Assembly: GCA_020341815.1 (NCBI GenBank)
Contig: CP070837.1
Span: forward strand, 1,474,607 to 1,538,606
DNA: 64,000 nt
Direction: 5' to 3'
Source: Candidatus Omnitrophota bacterium
GTDB lineage: Bacteria > Omnitrophota > Gorgyraeia > JAFGHF01
Below, one piece after another: positions 10,585 to 20,531 of this stretch; positions within the stretch are counted from its first letter, which is position 1; the number at the start of each line of letters is the position of its first letter. The position numbers and the translations under genes are program-made. Below the pieces are notes generated by a model. That model was not told the origin of the DNA, did no database searches, and saw only the letters and a list, made by a program, of their open reading frames with translations.

Positions 10585-12473
10585 TGTGCGGAATCTGTGG
10601 AATAACGGGTAGGAGCGATAAGGTTAACAAGGGTAACCTGGAGGCGATGTGCAGAGAACTGGCGCATCGCGGACCGGACAATGAGGGAATATATATTAAC
10701 AGAGAGGTGAAATCTCCGGTTGGTTTAGGGCATAGGAGGTTAAGTATCATTGACCTTACAAAAAATGGACATCAGCCGATGCCCAACGAAGATAGCTCCT
10801 TATGGTTAGTTTTAAACGGAGAAATTTATAATTATAAACAATTGCGCAAGGATTTGGAGGGTAGAGGCCATCGATTCAGGTCTAATACCGACGCTGAAGT
10901 TGTACTCCATCTTTATGAAGATTTTGCCGAGAAATGCGTATCTTATTTACGCGGTCCGTTTGCTTTTGTTATCTGGGATGAAAAACAAGATAGGCTGTTT
11001 TTGGCTCGTGACAGAATTGGTCAAAAGCCGCTCTTTTATTATTATGGTGAGCAGCTTTTCTGTTTTGCCTCGGAGCTTTCGGCTTTAGTTGAGAGCGGCC
11101 TGGTGGATAAAGAGATAAACCATGAAGCCATCGATGCATATCTGACTTTTGGCTATGTGCCTGCGCCGGAGACAATCTATAGGAGAATCTTTAAGTTGCT
11201 GCCGGCGCATTACGGCATATTGCAAAATGGCAAATTCAGGTCAGAAAAATACTGGGATTTAGATTATTCCCGGAAGATTGCCATTTCGGAAGAAGAGGCG
11301 GCAAGTGAATTAATCAGGCTTTTAAAAGAGGCGGTGAGCCTGCGTCTGCTTAGCGATGTGCCCCTGGGGGTATTTTTAAGCGGCGGCGTTGATTCCAGCG
11401 CCGTAGTAGCATTGATGAGCCAGCTGGTCAATAAAGTAAAGACCTTTTCCATTGGTTTTGACGATGCGGATTTCAATGAATTGAAATATGCAGGAAATAT
11501 CGCCAGACATTTTTCTACCGAGCATCACGAATTTATCGTAAGACCAAAGGCTCTAGAAGTTTTACCGCTTTTAGTGGAACGTTACGGCGAGCCATATGCG
11601 GATTCATCGGCTATTCCCACCTATTATGTTTCCCGTCAGACCAGAAAATATGTTACTGTGGCCTTAAACGGAGACGGGGGGGATGAGTCTTTTGCCGGTT
11701 ATGAACGATATCAGGCAATGGCGCTTGCTGAAAGATATAACCGCTTCCCTTCATTTTTAAGAGACGGACTGACGCAAACGATTATTCGCTTATTGCCCGA
11801 TTCGGTTAATTTTAAAAGTAAGCGAAGAAGATTGAGGCGTTTCTTTGAAAATGTATCGACACCCTTCTACAGGCGTTATTGCCGCTGGGTATGCATGATT
11901 GACGATAATCAAAAGAACAAGCTCTACAGCGAAGACTTTAAAAAACAACTGAACAAATACAATCCCGCGGATTGGCTCAGAGATTATCCCGGTTTGCCTG
12001 ATCAAATGGCGTTAGTCGACCGTTTAATGGCAATTGATATTAAAACTAATCTGGCCAATGATTTGACGGTTAAAATGGATATCGCCAGTATGGCCAATTC
12101 TCTTGAGACCCGTTCGCCATTCCTTGACCAGGAAGTAATGCAATTTGCCGCAAAATTGCCGGATAACTTTAAGTTAAGAAGGTCGATTAAGAAATATATC
12201 TTAAAGAAAGGCCTCAAGGATTTATTGCCGCCAAGCAACATGCATCGTCCAAAAATGGGTTTTGGGGTGCCTGCGGGGAGATGGATGAGAAAGGATTTAA
12301 AGGGTTATGTCCAGAGTGTGTTGTTTTCCAAGCATGCGTTCAGTAGGGGATATTTTAATCCGAATGACCTTAAAGATTATATTAATAAGCATCTTAACGC
12401 AGATAAAGACCATAGTTTTGGGGTCTGGACCTTGTTAATGCTTGAGCTATGGCATCAGAGGTTTATCGATTAG
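10584..12473 (+). CDS. asnB: Asparagine synthase (glutamine-hydrolysing) family amidotransferase, probably glycan amidation
   Basis: N-terminal 'MCGICG', 'HRGPD', 'RRLSIID', 'LSGGVDSS', 'GDGGDE'. Confidence 0.92.
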   Translation: MCGICGITGRSDKVNKGNLEAMCRELAHRGPDNEGIYINREVKSPVGLGHRRLSIIDLTKNGHQPMPNEDSSLWLVLNGEIYNYKQLRKDLEGRGHRFRSNTDAEVVLHLYEDFAEKCVSYLRGPFAFVIWDEKQDRLFLARDRIGQKPLFYYYGEQLFCFASELSALVESGLVDKEINHEAIDAYLTFGYVPAPETIYRRIFKLLPAHYGILQNGKFRSEKYWDLDYSRKIAISEEEAASELIRLLKEAVSLRLLSDVPLGVFLSGGVDSSAVVALMSQLVNKVKTFSIGFDDADFNELKYAGNIARHFSTEHHEFIVRPKALEVLPLLVERYGEPYADSSAIPTYYVSRQTRKYVTVALNGDGGDESFAGYERYQAMALAERYNRFPSFLRDGLTQTIIRLLPDSVNFKSKRRRLRRFFENVSTPFYRRYCRWVCMIDDNQKNKLYSEDFKKQLNKYNPADWLRDYPGLPDQMALVDRLMAIDIKTNLANDLTVKMDIASMANSLETRSPFLDQEVMQFAAKLPDNFKLRRSIKKYILKKGLKDLLPPSNMHRPKMGFGVPAGRWMRKDLKGYVQSVLFSKHAFSRGYFNPNDLKDYINKHLNADKDHSFGVWTLLMLELWHQRFID

Positions 12474-13166
12474 ATGAAGAAACTTATCTGGGTAATTATC
12501 ATTGTTTTTATAGCAGGCCTTATTGCTGTTTTTAATGTCGATGTTAACACCCGGCAGGGGGTTAACTATAAATGGCATACAATTAAGATACCTTTAGGCT
12601 TAAAGATATTAGACTTTTTTGACAGACATTATAATTATAAGGTATTGGTAAAAAGAATAATCAAAGATTCAAAAAATGATACCGAGCGGGCCTTGAAGAT
12701 ATTCGAGTGGACCTATAAGAATATAAGAAGGACACCCGAAGATTTCCCGGTTATAGATGACCATGTTTGGCATATCATTGTGAGAGGTTATGGCGTAAAG
12801 GATCAGTATTCGGATGTATTTACCACTCTCTGCAATTATGCCGGCATAGAGGCGTTTTATACATGTATCCGCAGCTCGAGTCAGAAGCAAAAAATTGCAC
12901 TTTCTTTTCTTAAGATAGAAGGGAAGTGGAGCGTTTTCGACCCCTATCGCGGCATTTATTTTAAGAATAAAGATGGAGACTTCGCAAGCGTTGAAGAGAT
13001 TAAGTCCGGTGCCATCTCTATGGAAAGCCTGGGAGGAAAGCCGGATATAGATTACGCTGTTTATTTTTGCAATCTTCCCTCTGTTAAGAATGCAGGTTTA
13101 AACAGGGCGAATATTCAATCTCCGCTTAATCGTTTACTTTACGAATTAAAAAAAGTGAAAAAATGA
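12474..13166 (+). CDS. Membrane-anchored transglutaminase-like domain protein (catalytic Cys apparently absent)
   Basis: N-terminal TM/signal. 'ALKIFEW', 'RGYGVKDQYSDVFTTLC..AGI' and 'W..FDP' follow the transglutaminase-core layout. Confidence 0.6.
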   Translation: MKKLIWVIIIVFIAGLIAVFNVDVNTRQGVNYKWHTIKIPLGLKILDFFDRHYNYKVLVKRIIKDSKNDTERALKIFEWTYKNIRRTPEDFPVIDDHVWHIIVRGYGVKDQYSDVFTTLCNYAGIEAFYTCIRSSSQKQKIALSFLKIEGKWSVFDPYRGIYFKNKDGDFASVEEIKSGAISMESLGGKPDIDYAVYFCNLPSVKNAGLNRANIQSPLNRLLYELKKVKK

Positions 13167-14137
13167 AATTTACAATAGGTTTTGAAAAGGAAGATAAAGA
13201 TAGGCTTTTTTCTTATTTTGATGAGATTATTCAGAGCGAGAGATGGTCGGAACATAAATTTACTAAGATGTTTGAAGAAAAATGGAGCCGGTATAATAAT
13301 CTTGAATCGGTAGCATTTTCCAGTTGGGCCGGGGCTGCACTTTCGGCTTTAGAGTTTTTCGACGTCAAAGGAAAGACCGTATTATGTCCCGCCAATACCT
13401 TTATCGCCACCTCCTTAAGCGTCATCAAGGCAGGCGGAAATGTTGAGTTTGTGGATTGCAATAGAGATGACCTTTGCATGGATGTGCAGGACTTAAAAAG
13501 TAAGATAGATAAATACAGTCCGGCTGCCGTATTTGTGGTGCACATAGGCGGCCATATTGCATTTCAAATAGAAGAGATATCCAGGCTATGCAAAGACAAA
13601 GGCATTGTATTGCTTGAGGACTGCGCTCATGCGCATGGTGCTGACTGGAACGGAAAAAAGGCAGGCACATGGGGCGATGCCGGCATATATTCGTTCTACG
13701 CCACCAAGACTGTCTCTACAGGCGAAGGGGGGATGCTGGTTACCCGCAATAAAGGTCTGGTGGATTATGCCAGGAAATACAGGAATTACGGGAAATTTGA
13801 ATATGATGTAGAAGGCTTAAATTACAGGATGAGCGAGTTTACTGCGGCTATCGGATGCATTCAGGCTGAGAGGTTGGATCAAATAATTGACTGGAAGAAT
13901 GCATATGCGAAGAAGCATTTAGACCCGGCATATCCTAATAGAGTGAAGTTTCCTTCGGGAATGAAGTCGGGTTATTATAAGTATATCGTTTTTGACCCAA
14001 TAGAGAATTCGACCGGCAAGGTTTATGATGCGCCTTGCCACCTGATAATGGGCAAGGATTATGAGCTGCCTAACACAGAGTGGATTGCCGGGAACCATTG
14101 GTGCATTCCTATTTACTATAAAGGGGGAAAGATTTGA
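13163..14137 (+). CDS. DegT/DnrJ/EryC1/StrS PLP-dependent sugar aminotransferase
   Basis: 'EDCAHAHGA' and 'SFYATKTVSTGEGG' (PLP-binding Lys). Confidence 0.9.
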   Translation: MKFTIGFEKEDKDRLFSYFDEIIQSERWSEHKFTKMFEEKWSRYNNLESVAFSSWAGAALSALEFFDVKGKTVLCPANTFIATSLSVIKAGGNVEFVDCNRDDLCMDVQDLKSKIDKYSPAAVFVVHIGGHIAFQIEEISRLCKDKGIVLLEDCAHAHGADWNGKKAGTWGDAGIYSFYATKTVSTGEGGMLVTRNKGLVDYARKYRNYGKFEYDVEGLNYRMSEFTAAIGCIQAERLDQIIDWKNAYAKKHLDPAYPNRVKFPSGMKSGYYKYIVFDPIENSTGKVYDAPCHLIMGKDYELPNTEWIAGNHWCIPIYYKGGKI

Positions 14138-15855
14138 ACTTTATCCTTGCTACTATACCTATTCGTTCACAGCCTAGCGATGTTCCTCCTGTTGGAGCAA
14201 TATCGCTGCTTGAGACACTGATTCAGGCGGGATATGATTCAAAGTTTTACGACATCGATGCTCTCAGGCCCAGCTTTGAGCAGGTAGTCGACTATTTTCG
14301 CCGCGAACAACCGGACATTTTAGGCATCAGCGCGGTTGTTTCCACCGCTTACCGATATGCAAAAAAGCTGGCTTATGCGGTGAAGGAGGTCTCTCCCGGG
14401 ACGCGGATTATTCTCGGCGGGTGTTTGGCGGCAAGCGCGGAGGTGTTATTGCGTAAATGCCCGATAGACCTATGCGTGGTTGGGGAGGGCGAGAAGGTTT
14501 TGGCAAATCTCCTGAAGCACTGGGAAAAGTTCGGCGATTTTAATGCTTCGCAAGAAGAGCTGCGCAAGATAAAAGGGATTGCTTTTATCGATTCAGAAGG
14601 CGATTTTATATTTACTGGATACGAAGAGCAGCTCTTGCCCGAGGAGTTGCCCCAGCCCAATTACGAACTGCTGTCTAAATTTTCTAATTTAGATTGTTAT
14701 ATCCGGGACGGGCTGAGTTCCGGATATTTTGAACACGATAAACGCTCTTACCAGCCTCACCGCCGGGGACAAAAGGCTTGTTGGGTGCTGGCCGGCAAAG
14801 GTTGCGCTTCACGTTGTACATTCTGCCATCGTTGGATAAAAGGATATCGTGCCTATCCGGTAAAAACCGTTATTGATACAATGCGCAAGCTGAAAGAAAA
14901 ATACAATGTTGGCTTCTTCTCGCTTGGCGACGAGAGTTTCGGATCTGACCGAAGGGTGCTGGAGGAATTTATTGAAGCAGTCAGGCCTTTGGATATTTTG
15001 TTTCAGATCGCAGGGATAAGAGTTACGACGGTTTATCGTAACCCTGAGGTCATTCGCAGGCTGAAAGAGGTCGGTTGTGTTAGAACGATATTCGGCATGG
15101 AAAGCGGCAGTGACAAGATTCTCAGGGTAATGGAGAAGGCAGTTAACCGTAAGCAGAACTTAGAAGTGGCCAAAATACTTCTTAAGGAAGGTATGTATAC
15201 AATTCATCAATTTGTTGTGGGTATGCCGGGCGAGAACGAAGAGACGATTAAGGAAACAATTGAATGCGCCAAACTGGCTACCGAGACATCAAGTTCTTAT
15301 CCAATTATAAGCAATAATTATTTTCAGGCTTTGCCCGGCACCCCGGGATATGAATATTTGCGCTTTCGCGGCTTGATTGGTAAGACATTAGACGATGAGG
15401 AGGCATATTTACTGGAGATTTCTAATATGGATGCCGGTTCCCGCGCACATTACAAGAATGTCTCGGAAGAGCCCCTTTCCAAAGTATTTTTATGGCCGCA
15501 TAGAATAAGAGTTGAAGTCACTACTCACTGGTACAAACAGCATAACTGGAAGCCGGCAAATATAAATGGGAATTCTGCAGGCATGCGGCATTGGTTAACC
15601 ACAAGAAGATTTTATTTCCGCGCAGTTTCACTGCTGGGCAGTTTTTACTGGTCGCTGGCGCTTATTTTAATGCGCATACGTTTGTATGGTTTGGCCAGAG
15701 CCTTTTCATTTACACTCGGCTTTAAAGAGGAGGATGACCGTAATTCATTTATAATTAAGGAGCCGAAATCACTGCGTAGAATTGTAAATTATCCTCAGCC
15801 TGAAGAAATGTCAATATCGGAAGCAAATATGCTGCCTTTGCGAAAAGGGAGATAA
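14134..15855 (+). CDS. Cobalamin-binding radical SAM protein
   Basis: B12 domain (PPVG, ILGG, GEGE), 'KGCASRCTFC', 'FGMESGS'. Confidence 0.9.
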   Translation: MNFILATIPIRSQPSDVPPVGAISLLETLIQAGYDSKFYDIDALRPSFEQVVDYFRREQPDILGISAVVSTAYRYAKKLAYAVKEVSPGTRIILGGCLAASAEVLLRKCPIDLCVVGEGEKVLANLLKHWEKFGDFNASQEELRKIKGIAFIDSEGDFIFTGYEEQLLPEELPQPNYELLSKFSNLDCYIRDGLSSGYFEHDKRSYQPHRRGQKACWVLAGKGCASRCTFCHRWIKGYRAYPVKTVIDTMRKLKEKYNVGFFSLGDESFGSDRRVLEEFIEAVRPLDILFQIAGIRVTTVYRNPEVIRRLKEVGCVRTIFGMESGSDKILRVMEKAVNRKQNLEVAKILLKEGMYTIHQFVVGMPGENEETIKETIECAKLATETSSSYPIISNNYFQALPGTPGYEYLRFRGLIGKTLDDEEAYLLEISNMDAGSRAHYKNVSEEPLSKVFLWPHRIRVEVTTHWYKQHNWKPANINGNSAGMRHWLTTRRFYFRAVSLLGSFYWSLALILMRIRLYGLARAFSFTLGFKEEDDRNSFIIKEPKSLRRIVNYPQPEEMSISEANMLPLRKGR

Positions 15856-15886
15856 CAATAAACCGTGATTATCAGGAGATAGAGAT

Positions 15887-16828
15887 ATGAAAGTATTGGT
15901 TACAGGAGGAAGTGGTTTTATAGGATCTCATGTGGTAGATAAGTTAAAGGATAAAGGCGTAGATGTAAGGGTTTTTGATGCGATGCCCACCTTTAGGAAG
16001 GATATCGAGTATTATCAGGGCAGCCTCTTAGACATGGACGCATTAGGCTTTGCCATGAATGGGGTAGATGCAGTGATGCATCTGGCTGCAATTGCTGACG
16101 TAAAGGACGTTTTTAACAGGCCTCATTATGCGGAGTCAATCAATGTAAGGGGCACTATTAATGTGCTTGAGGCAGCAAGAGCTGCAAAGCTAAGAAGGGT
16201 AGTCTACGGAAGCACTACCTGGGTCTACAGTGAAGCTGAAGGAGATTCTGTTGATGAAGCTACCCCTTTGCACGCCCCTTCCCATCTTTACACTGCGACA
16301 AAATTAGTCGGTGAATACTATTGCCGGACATACAGTGAGCTGTTTGGCCTAGACTATACTATTCTGAGATACGGAATACCTTATGGGCCAAGGGCAAGAG
16401 ATGAGGCCGTTATACCTATATTTGTGAGAAAGGCCCTAAGTGGCGAAGCGCTTACGATTGCCGGCGATGGCTCTCAATTCAGGAAATTTGTATTCGTGGA
16501 GGACCTTGCCGAAGGAAATATATTGGCTTTGCAGTCAATCGCAAGGAATAAGATATATAACTTGGATGGTGTAGAAAAAGTAACTATACGGCAAATTGCC
16601 GAGACAATCAAAAGGATTCTGGGAGACGTAAAGATAGAATATACGCCGGCTCGTCCGGGTGACTTCGCGGGAAAGGAAGTTTCCAGTGAGCTTGTTAAAA
16701 AAGAGCTTGGATGGGAGCCCAAGGTAGGCTTCGAGGAAGGGATACGACGATATTTAAAGTGGTATAGTGAAAGGGAAAAGACCCGCAAGGCAAATTGGGA
16801 AAAGTTGGACGATACATTAAAAAAGTAG
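15887..16828 (+). CDS. NAD-dependent epimerase/dehydratase (extended SDR)
   Basis: 'TGGSGFIG' and 'YTATK' (YxxxK). AGGAG Shine-Dalgarno upstream. Confidence 0.9.
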   Translation: MKVLVTGGSGFIGSHVVDKLKDKGVDVRVFDAMPTFRKDIEYYQGSLLDMDALGFAMNGVDAVMHLAAIADVKDVFNRPHYAESINVRGTINVLEAARAAKLRRVVYGSTTWVYSEAEGDSVDEATPLHAPSHLYTATKLVGEYYCRTYSELFGLDYTILRYGIPYGPRARDEAVIPIFVRKALSGEALTIAGDGSQFRKFVFVEDLAEGNILALQSIARNKIYNLDGVEKVTIRQIAETIKRILGDVKIEYTPARPGDFAGKEVSSELVKKELGWEPKVGFEEGIRRYLKWYSEREKTRKANWEKLDDTLKK

Positions 16829-16842
16829 GATTGATATCAAAT

Positions 16843-17508
16843 ATGAAGATTTTAGTGATAGCCCCGCATATGGATGATGAGGTCCTTGGTTGCGGAGGGG
16901 CCATAGCAAGGCATGTAATGAATGGAGATGAGCTTTTTATAAGTTTCATCGCGCATAGAATATATAATCATCAGTTTGATAAAGAAAAGGACGATCTCGA
17001 GAAGCAACATGCAGCTAAAGCAAAAGGGGTGCTTGGTTATAAGGAATCGGTCTTTTTTAATCTGAACGATGAGAGGCTGGATGCATGTATTCAGGATATC
17101 GTTATCCCTTTAGAAAAGTATATATTGAAGATAAGGCCCGATATCGTTTATTGCCCCTTTAGAGGGGATAATAATCAAGACCACAGGGCGGTGTTCGATG
17201 CGATAAGAGTTGCCGCCAGGCCCTCTGCAGCGGCCTTTATTAAGCGGATCCTTATGTATGAAGTTGCCTCTTCCACCGAGCAATCTCCGCCTATGTATGA
17301 AAACATATTTTTGCCGAATTTTTACGTAAATATTACAGAGCATATCGACAAAAAGGTAGAGGCTTTTAGATGCTACGAAACAGAAAAGAGGCCTTATCCC
17401 CATCCCCGCTGCGAAGAGGCATTGAGAGTTCTGGCCAAAAAAAGAGGGGTTGAAGCAGGTTTTGAATACGCAGAATCGTTTATGATTTTACGGGAGAAAT
17501 GGGATTAA
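16843..17508 (+). CDS. PIG-L/LmbE family de-N-acetylase
   Basis: 'APHMDDEVLGCGG' and 'NQDH' motifs. ATG at 16843. Confidence 0.9.
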   Translation: MKILVIAPHMDDEVLGCGGAIARHVMNGDELFISFIAHRIYNHQFDKEKDDLEKQHAAKAKGVLGYKESVFFNLNDERLDACIQDIVIPLEKYILKIRPDIVYCPFRGDNNQDHRAVFDAIRVAARPSAAAFIKRILMYEVASSTEQSPPMYENIFLPNFYVNITEHIDKKVEAFRCYETEKRPYPHPRCEEALRVLAKKRGVEAGFEYAESFMILREKWD

Positions 17509-17509
17509 A

Positions 17510-18154
17510 ATGATACTCGGCGTAATTCCAGCGCGAGGCGGCAGCAAAGAAATACCAAGAAAAAACATTAAGACGATTGCCGGCAAGCCTTTAATTGCAT
17601 GGACCATAGAAGCGGCTAAAAGGTCTACTTTGCTCGACAGGTATATTGTTTCTACGGAAGATGAAGAGATTGCCGAAATTTCAAGAAAATATGGAGCAAA
17701 GGTGTTGCCGCGGCCGCTTGAACTGGCAATGGATGAGGCGCTGACTCTTAATGTCCTTGAACATGCAGTTAAACAGATACCATGTGATACAGTCGTTCTT
17801 CTTCAGCCCACATCTCCTATAAGAAAGGCAGGGCTTATAGATGAATGCATAGGAGAGTTCTTGGATAATGGCTATGACTCCCTGGCCACCGGTTTTATGT
17901 GTAAATATATGGAATATGGCAAAGATGTGGAATGTAGCCAGGATGGCAAGGAATTAAGGCGACAGGATATTCAGGGATTTTTTTATGATGATGGCAATGT
18001 CTATGTGATAAGGGCTGATATCATAAGAAAAGGCGAGCGTTATGGCAAAAAGATTGGCAGAAAAATTATCAGTCGATGGGAGAATGTAGAGATAGATGAT
18101 GAATTTGATTTGTGGATGACAGAGAGGATTCTAAGAGAGAATAAGCATAAATGA
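17510..18154 (+). CDS. neuA: Acylneuraminate (nonulosonate) cytidylyltransferase, NeuA/PseF/LegF family
   Basis: 'IPARGGSKEIPRKN', 'LQPTSP', 'EIDD'. Confidence 0.85.
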   Translation: MILGVIPARGGSKEIPRKNIKTIAGKPLIAWTIEAAKRSTLLDRYIVSTEDEEIAEISRKYGAKVLPRPLELAMDEALTLNVLEHAVKQIPCDTVVLLQPTSPIRKAGLIDECIGEFLDNGYDSLATGFMCKYMEYGKDVECSQDGKELRRQDIQGFFYDDGNVYVIRADIIRKGERYGKKIGRKIISRWENVEIDDEFDLWMTERILRENKHK

Positions 18155-18199
18155 AGATTACCGCAAATCAATTTTATAAAAGGCATAAGGCGTGAAGAA

Positions 18200-19474
18200 G
18201 TGAAAGATCAACTAATGAAAAACATCATTTCGGACTTATGGTTTGAAAAAAGAAATATCGTTTCCGAAGGATTCGATGATTCTTTAAGATATATTTCGAA
18301 GCTGCTTCCCATGTCAATAATTGAAATTCCGACCGGAACAGAATGCTGGAGCTGGACAGTTCCTCCTAAATGGTCGCTTAAGGAGGGCTGGATACGGAGA
18401 GGAAATAAAGTATATTTAGATTATGCAGACCATCCCCTGCATATTATGGCCTATTCAGAGCCGGTGAAGAAGAAAGTCCGGAAAGAAGAGCTTCTTTCTC
18501 ATATCGATACCTATTCGCACAGACCCAGTGCCATTCCCTTCGGGTACAGCTATTATGAGAAAAAATGGGGATTTTGCATTCAAAATAATAAATTGGCCGA
18601 CTTTAGAGAAGACAGCTATGAAATATGTATTGATAGTAAATTTAGCCCCGGGAGACTAAAGATTGGAGAGCTTGTTCTTCCCGGAAAACTCAAAGACGAG
18701 ATTGTTTTAATTGCCCATTTGTGCCATCCCTGTATGGCTAATGATAATTTATCGGGAGTGGCAGTATTAATTGCTACATTTCTGGAGCTGGCGAAGTCAG
18801 ATTCCCATAAATATACCTATCGCTTATTATTGGTTCCTGAAACTATCGGTTCAATAGCATATTTAAGCCGGAACGAACATTTAATCAAGAATATGAAATA
18901 CGGGATAGTCATTGATTGCGTAGGCCATAATGACATTTTATCCTTACAGCATTCTAAGCAGGCGGATACCGAATTAGACTATTGCGCAAGTTATGTCTTA
19001 AAAAACGAAGCGCTTATGTTTCGGGAAGGAGCGATAAATAAAGTTTGCGTCAGCGATGAAGTAGTATTTAATGGTCCGGGCGTGAATATCCCGACTATTT
19101 CTTTATCCCGGTTTAAATTCTGGGATGAAGGCGCCTGGCCGTATCCCGAATATCATTCAAGCGATGATACGCCGGATATTATTGTGCAGGAGAACTTAAG
19201 CAAAACAAAGGAAGTGATCCTTAAGATTCTGGAGATTATGGATAGCAATTTCGTGCCCAAAAGGACTTTTAAAGGCCCGCTTTTCTTGTCGAAATACGGC
19301 CTCTGGGTTGACTGGAGGAAAAATAGAAAATTAAATTCGGCTCTCAACGATGTAATGTTCTCTCTGGAAGGCAATAAAAGCGCACTGGAGATAGCAAAGG
19401 AATTGGACATCTCTTATACCGAGCTTTATGCCTGGCTTAATAAGTTAGAAAGACTAAACTTGATTAAAAAATAG
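18200..19474 (+). CDS. DUF4910-type protein (M28 peptidase-like domain with C-terminal winged HTH)
   Basis: 'WTVPPKW', 'SYYEKKWGFC', 'HLCHPCMANDNLSG', 'PETIGS', 'SDE', 'YPEYHSSDD'. Confidence 0.82.
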   Translation: MKDQLMKNIISDLWFEKRNIVSEGFDDSLRYISKLLPMSIIEIPTGTECWSWTVPPKWSLKEGWIRRGNKVYLDYADHPLHIMAYSEPVKKKVRKEELLSHIDTYSHRPSAIPFGYSYYEKKWGFCIQNNKLADFREDSYEICIDSKFSPGRLKIGELVLPGKLKDEIVLIAHLCHPCMANDNLSGVAVLIATFLELAKSDSHKYTYRLLLVPETIGSIAYLSRNEHLIKNMKYGIVIDCVGHNDILSLQHSKQADTELDYCASYVLKNEALMFREGAINKVCVSDEVVFNGPGVNIPTISLSRFKFWDEGAWPYPEYHSSDDTPDIIVQENLSKTKEVILKILEIMDSNFVPKRTFKGPLFLSKYGLWVDWRKNRKLNSALNDVMFSLEGNKSALEIAKELDISYTELYAWLNKLERLNLIKK

Positions 19475-19492
19475 ATATTCTAAAGGAATAAA

Positions 19493-20299
19493 ATGCCGTT
19501 TCCAAAAGTTACTAAAAAAGATATAGTTGATAAGCTGGAGAAACTCAAGGTGCGAAGGGGAGATGATATTTATGTAGCATCTTTTACTCCCATACTTGGC
19601 AGGGAGCCGAATATCCTAGAGCACACAATAGATGCCTTGATTGAAATTGTAGGCGCTAGCGGCACAGTGGTAATGCCGACTTTTAATTGGGATTACTGCC
19701 GTGGTGAGATATTTAATCCAGAGACCACCCCTTCACAGGTCGGCGTACTTACGGAAATATTCAGAAAAAGGCCCGGGGTCTTAAGGAGCCTTACGCCGCC
19801 CTGGTGCACATTTGCAGCAATAGGCAAATACGCCAAAGATATAGTTAATGTTAGAGGAACTTCGCCTTTCGGAATAGACTCGATAGCCCAGTTTCTTTAT
19901 GAGATTAACGTAAAGTACGTCCTGTTGGGGTGCCCATATAAAGATGCCGTTATTCATACGCATTGGCTGGAAGAGAAGTATGAGGTGCCTTATCGATATT
20001 GGAAGCAATTTAAAGGCAAAGTTATGACAAACGGGAAAACAATTACCGATGTTTCATATATGTATGCCCGCAATTTAGAAATTAATGCAGATATCGATCC
20101 AGGCCATTTAACAGAATTATTTGATAGAACAGATAAAGTTAAAATAGAAAGGTTGGGTTTAGGCAAAGTCCGCAGCTTCAGAGCCAAAGATTATTGCGAT
20201 TTCATGATTCCCTATTTTGAAAAAGACAAATTGGCGATTTTAAAGCCCGAAATTAAAAAATACTTTGATGAATACGGCAAATACAAATTTGCAGAATAA
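19493..20299 (+). CDS. AAC(3)-family (Antibiotic_NAT) N-acyltransferase
   Basis: 'GTVVMPTF', 'TPSQVGVLTEIFR', 'FAAIG', 'LLG', 'HWLEE...VPYR'. Confidence 0.85.
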   Translation: MPFPKVTKKDIVDKLEKLKVRRGDDIYVASFTPILGREPNILEHTIDALIEIVGASGTVVMPTFNWDYCRGEIFNPETTPSQVGVLTEIFRKRPGVLRSLTPPWCTFAAIGKYAKDIVNVRGTSPFGIDSIAQFLYEINVKYVLLGCPYKDAVIHTHWLEEKYEVPYRYWKQFKGKVMTNGKTITDVSYMYARNLEINADIDPGHLTELFDRTDKVKIERLGLGKVRSFRAKDYCDFMIPYFEKDKLAILKPEIKKYFDEYGKYKFAE

Positions 20300-20531
20300 A
20301 GTAAGCGAAGAAGAAATCAAACGTCTAATGGGAAGAATCTGGAAGATTAATCCTTCAGAAATTCCCTCAGAGATTGAATTTAGCTCTATACATAATTGGG
20401 ATTCGGTAGGGCATGTGGATTTGATGTTGGAATTGGAGAAGGAATTTAAGATAGATATTAATAACGAGACCCTTACTCAATTAACCAGTTTGAAGAAAAT
20501 TGTAGCATTTATTAACGGTTCGGACGAATGA
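20268..20531 (+). CDS. Acyl/aminoacyl carrier protein
   Basis: Small acidic protein with 'WDSVGHV' phosphopantetheinylation site and 'LEKEFKI'. Confidence 0.88.
   Translation: MNTANTNLQNKVSEEEIKRLMGRIWKINPSEIPSEIEFSSIHNWDSVGHVDLMLELEKEFKIDINNETLTQLTSLKKIVAFINGSDE

Noticed and set aside
10584-12473. Housekeeping asparagine biosynthesis
   Set aside because: It is coupled to a GT4 in a glycan locus, where AsnB paralogs typically amidate sugar carboxylates.
19493-20299. AAC(3) as an aminoglycoside-resistance gene
   Set aside because: It overlaps an ACP gene and follows DUF4910 inside a glycan operon, with no integron or IS context. A biosynthetic acyltransferase role fits better.
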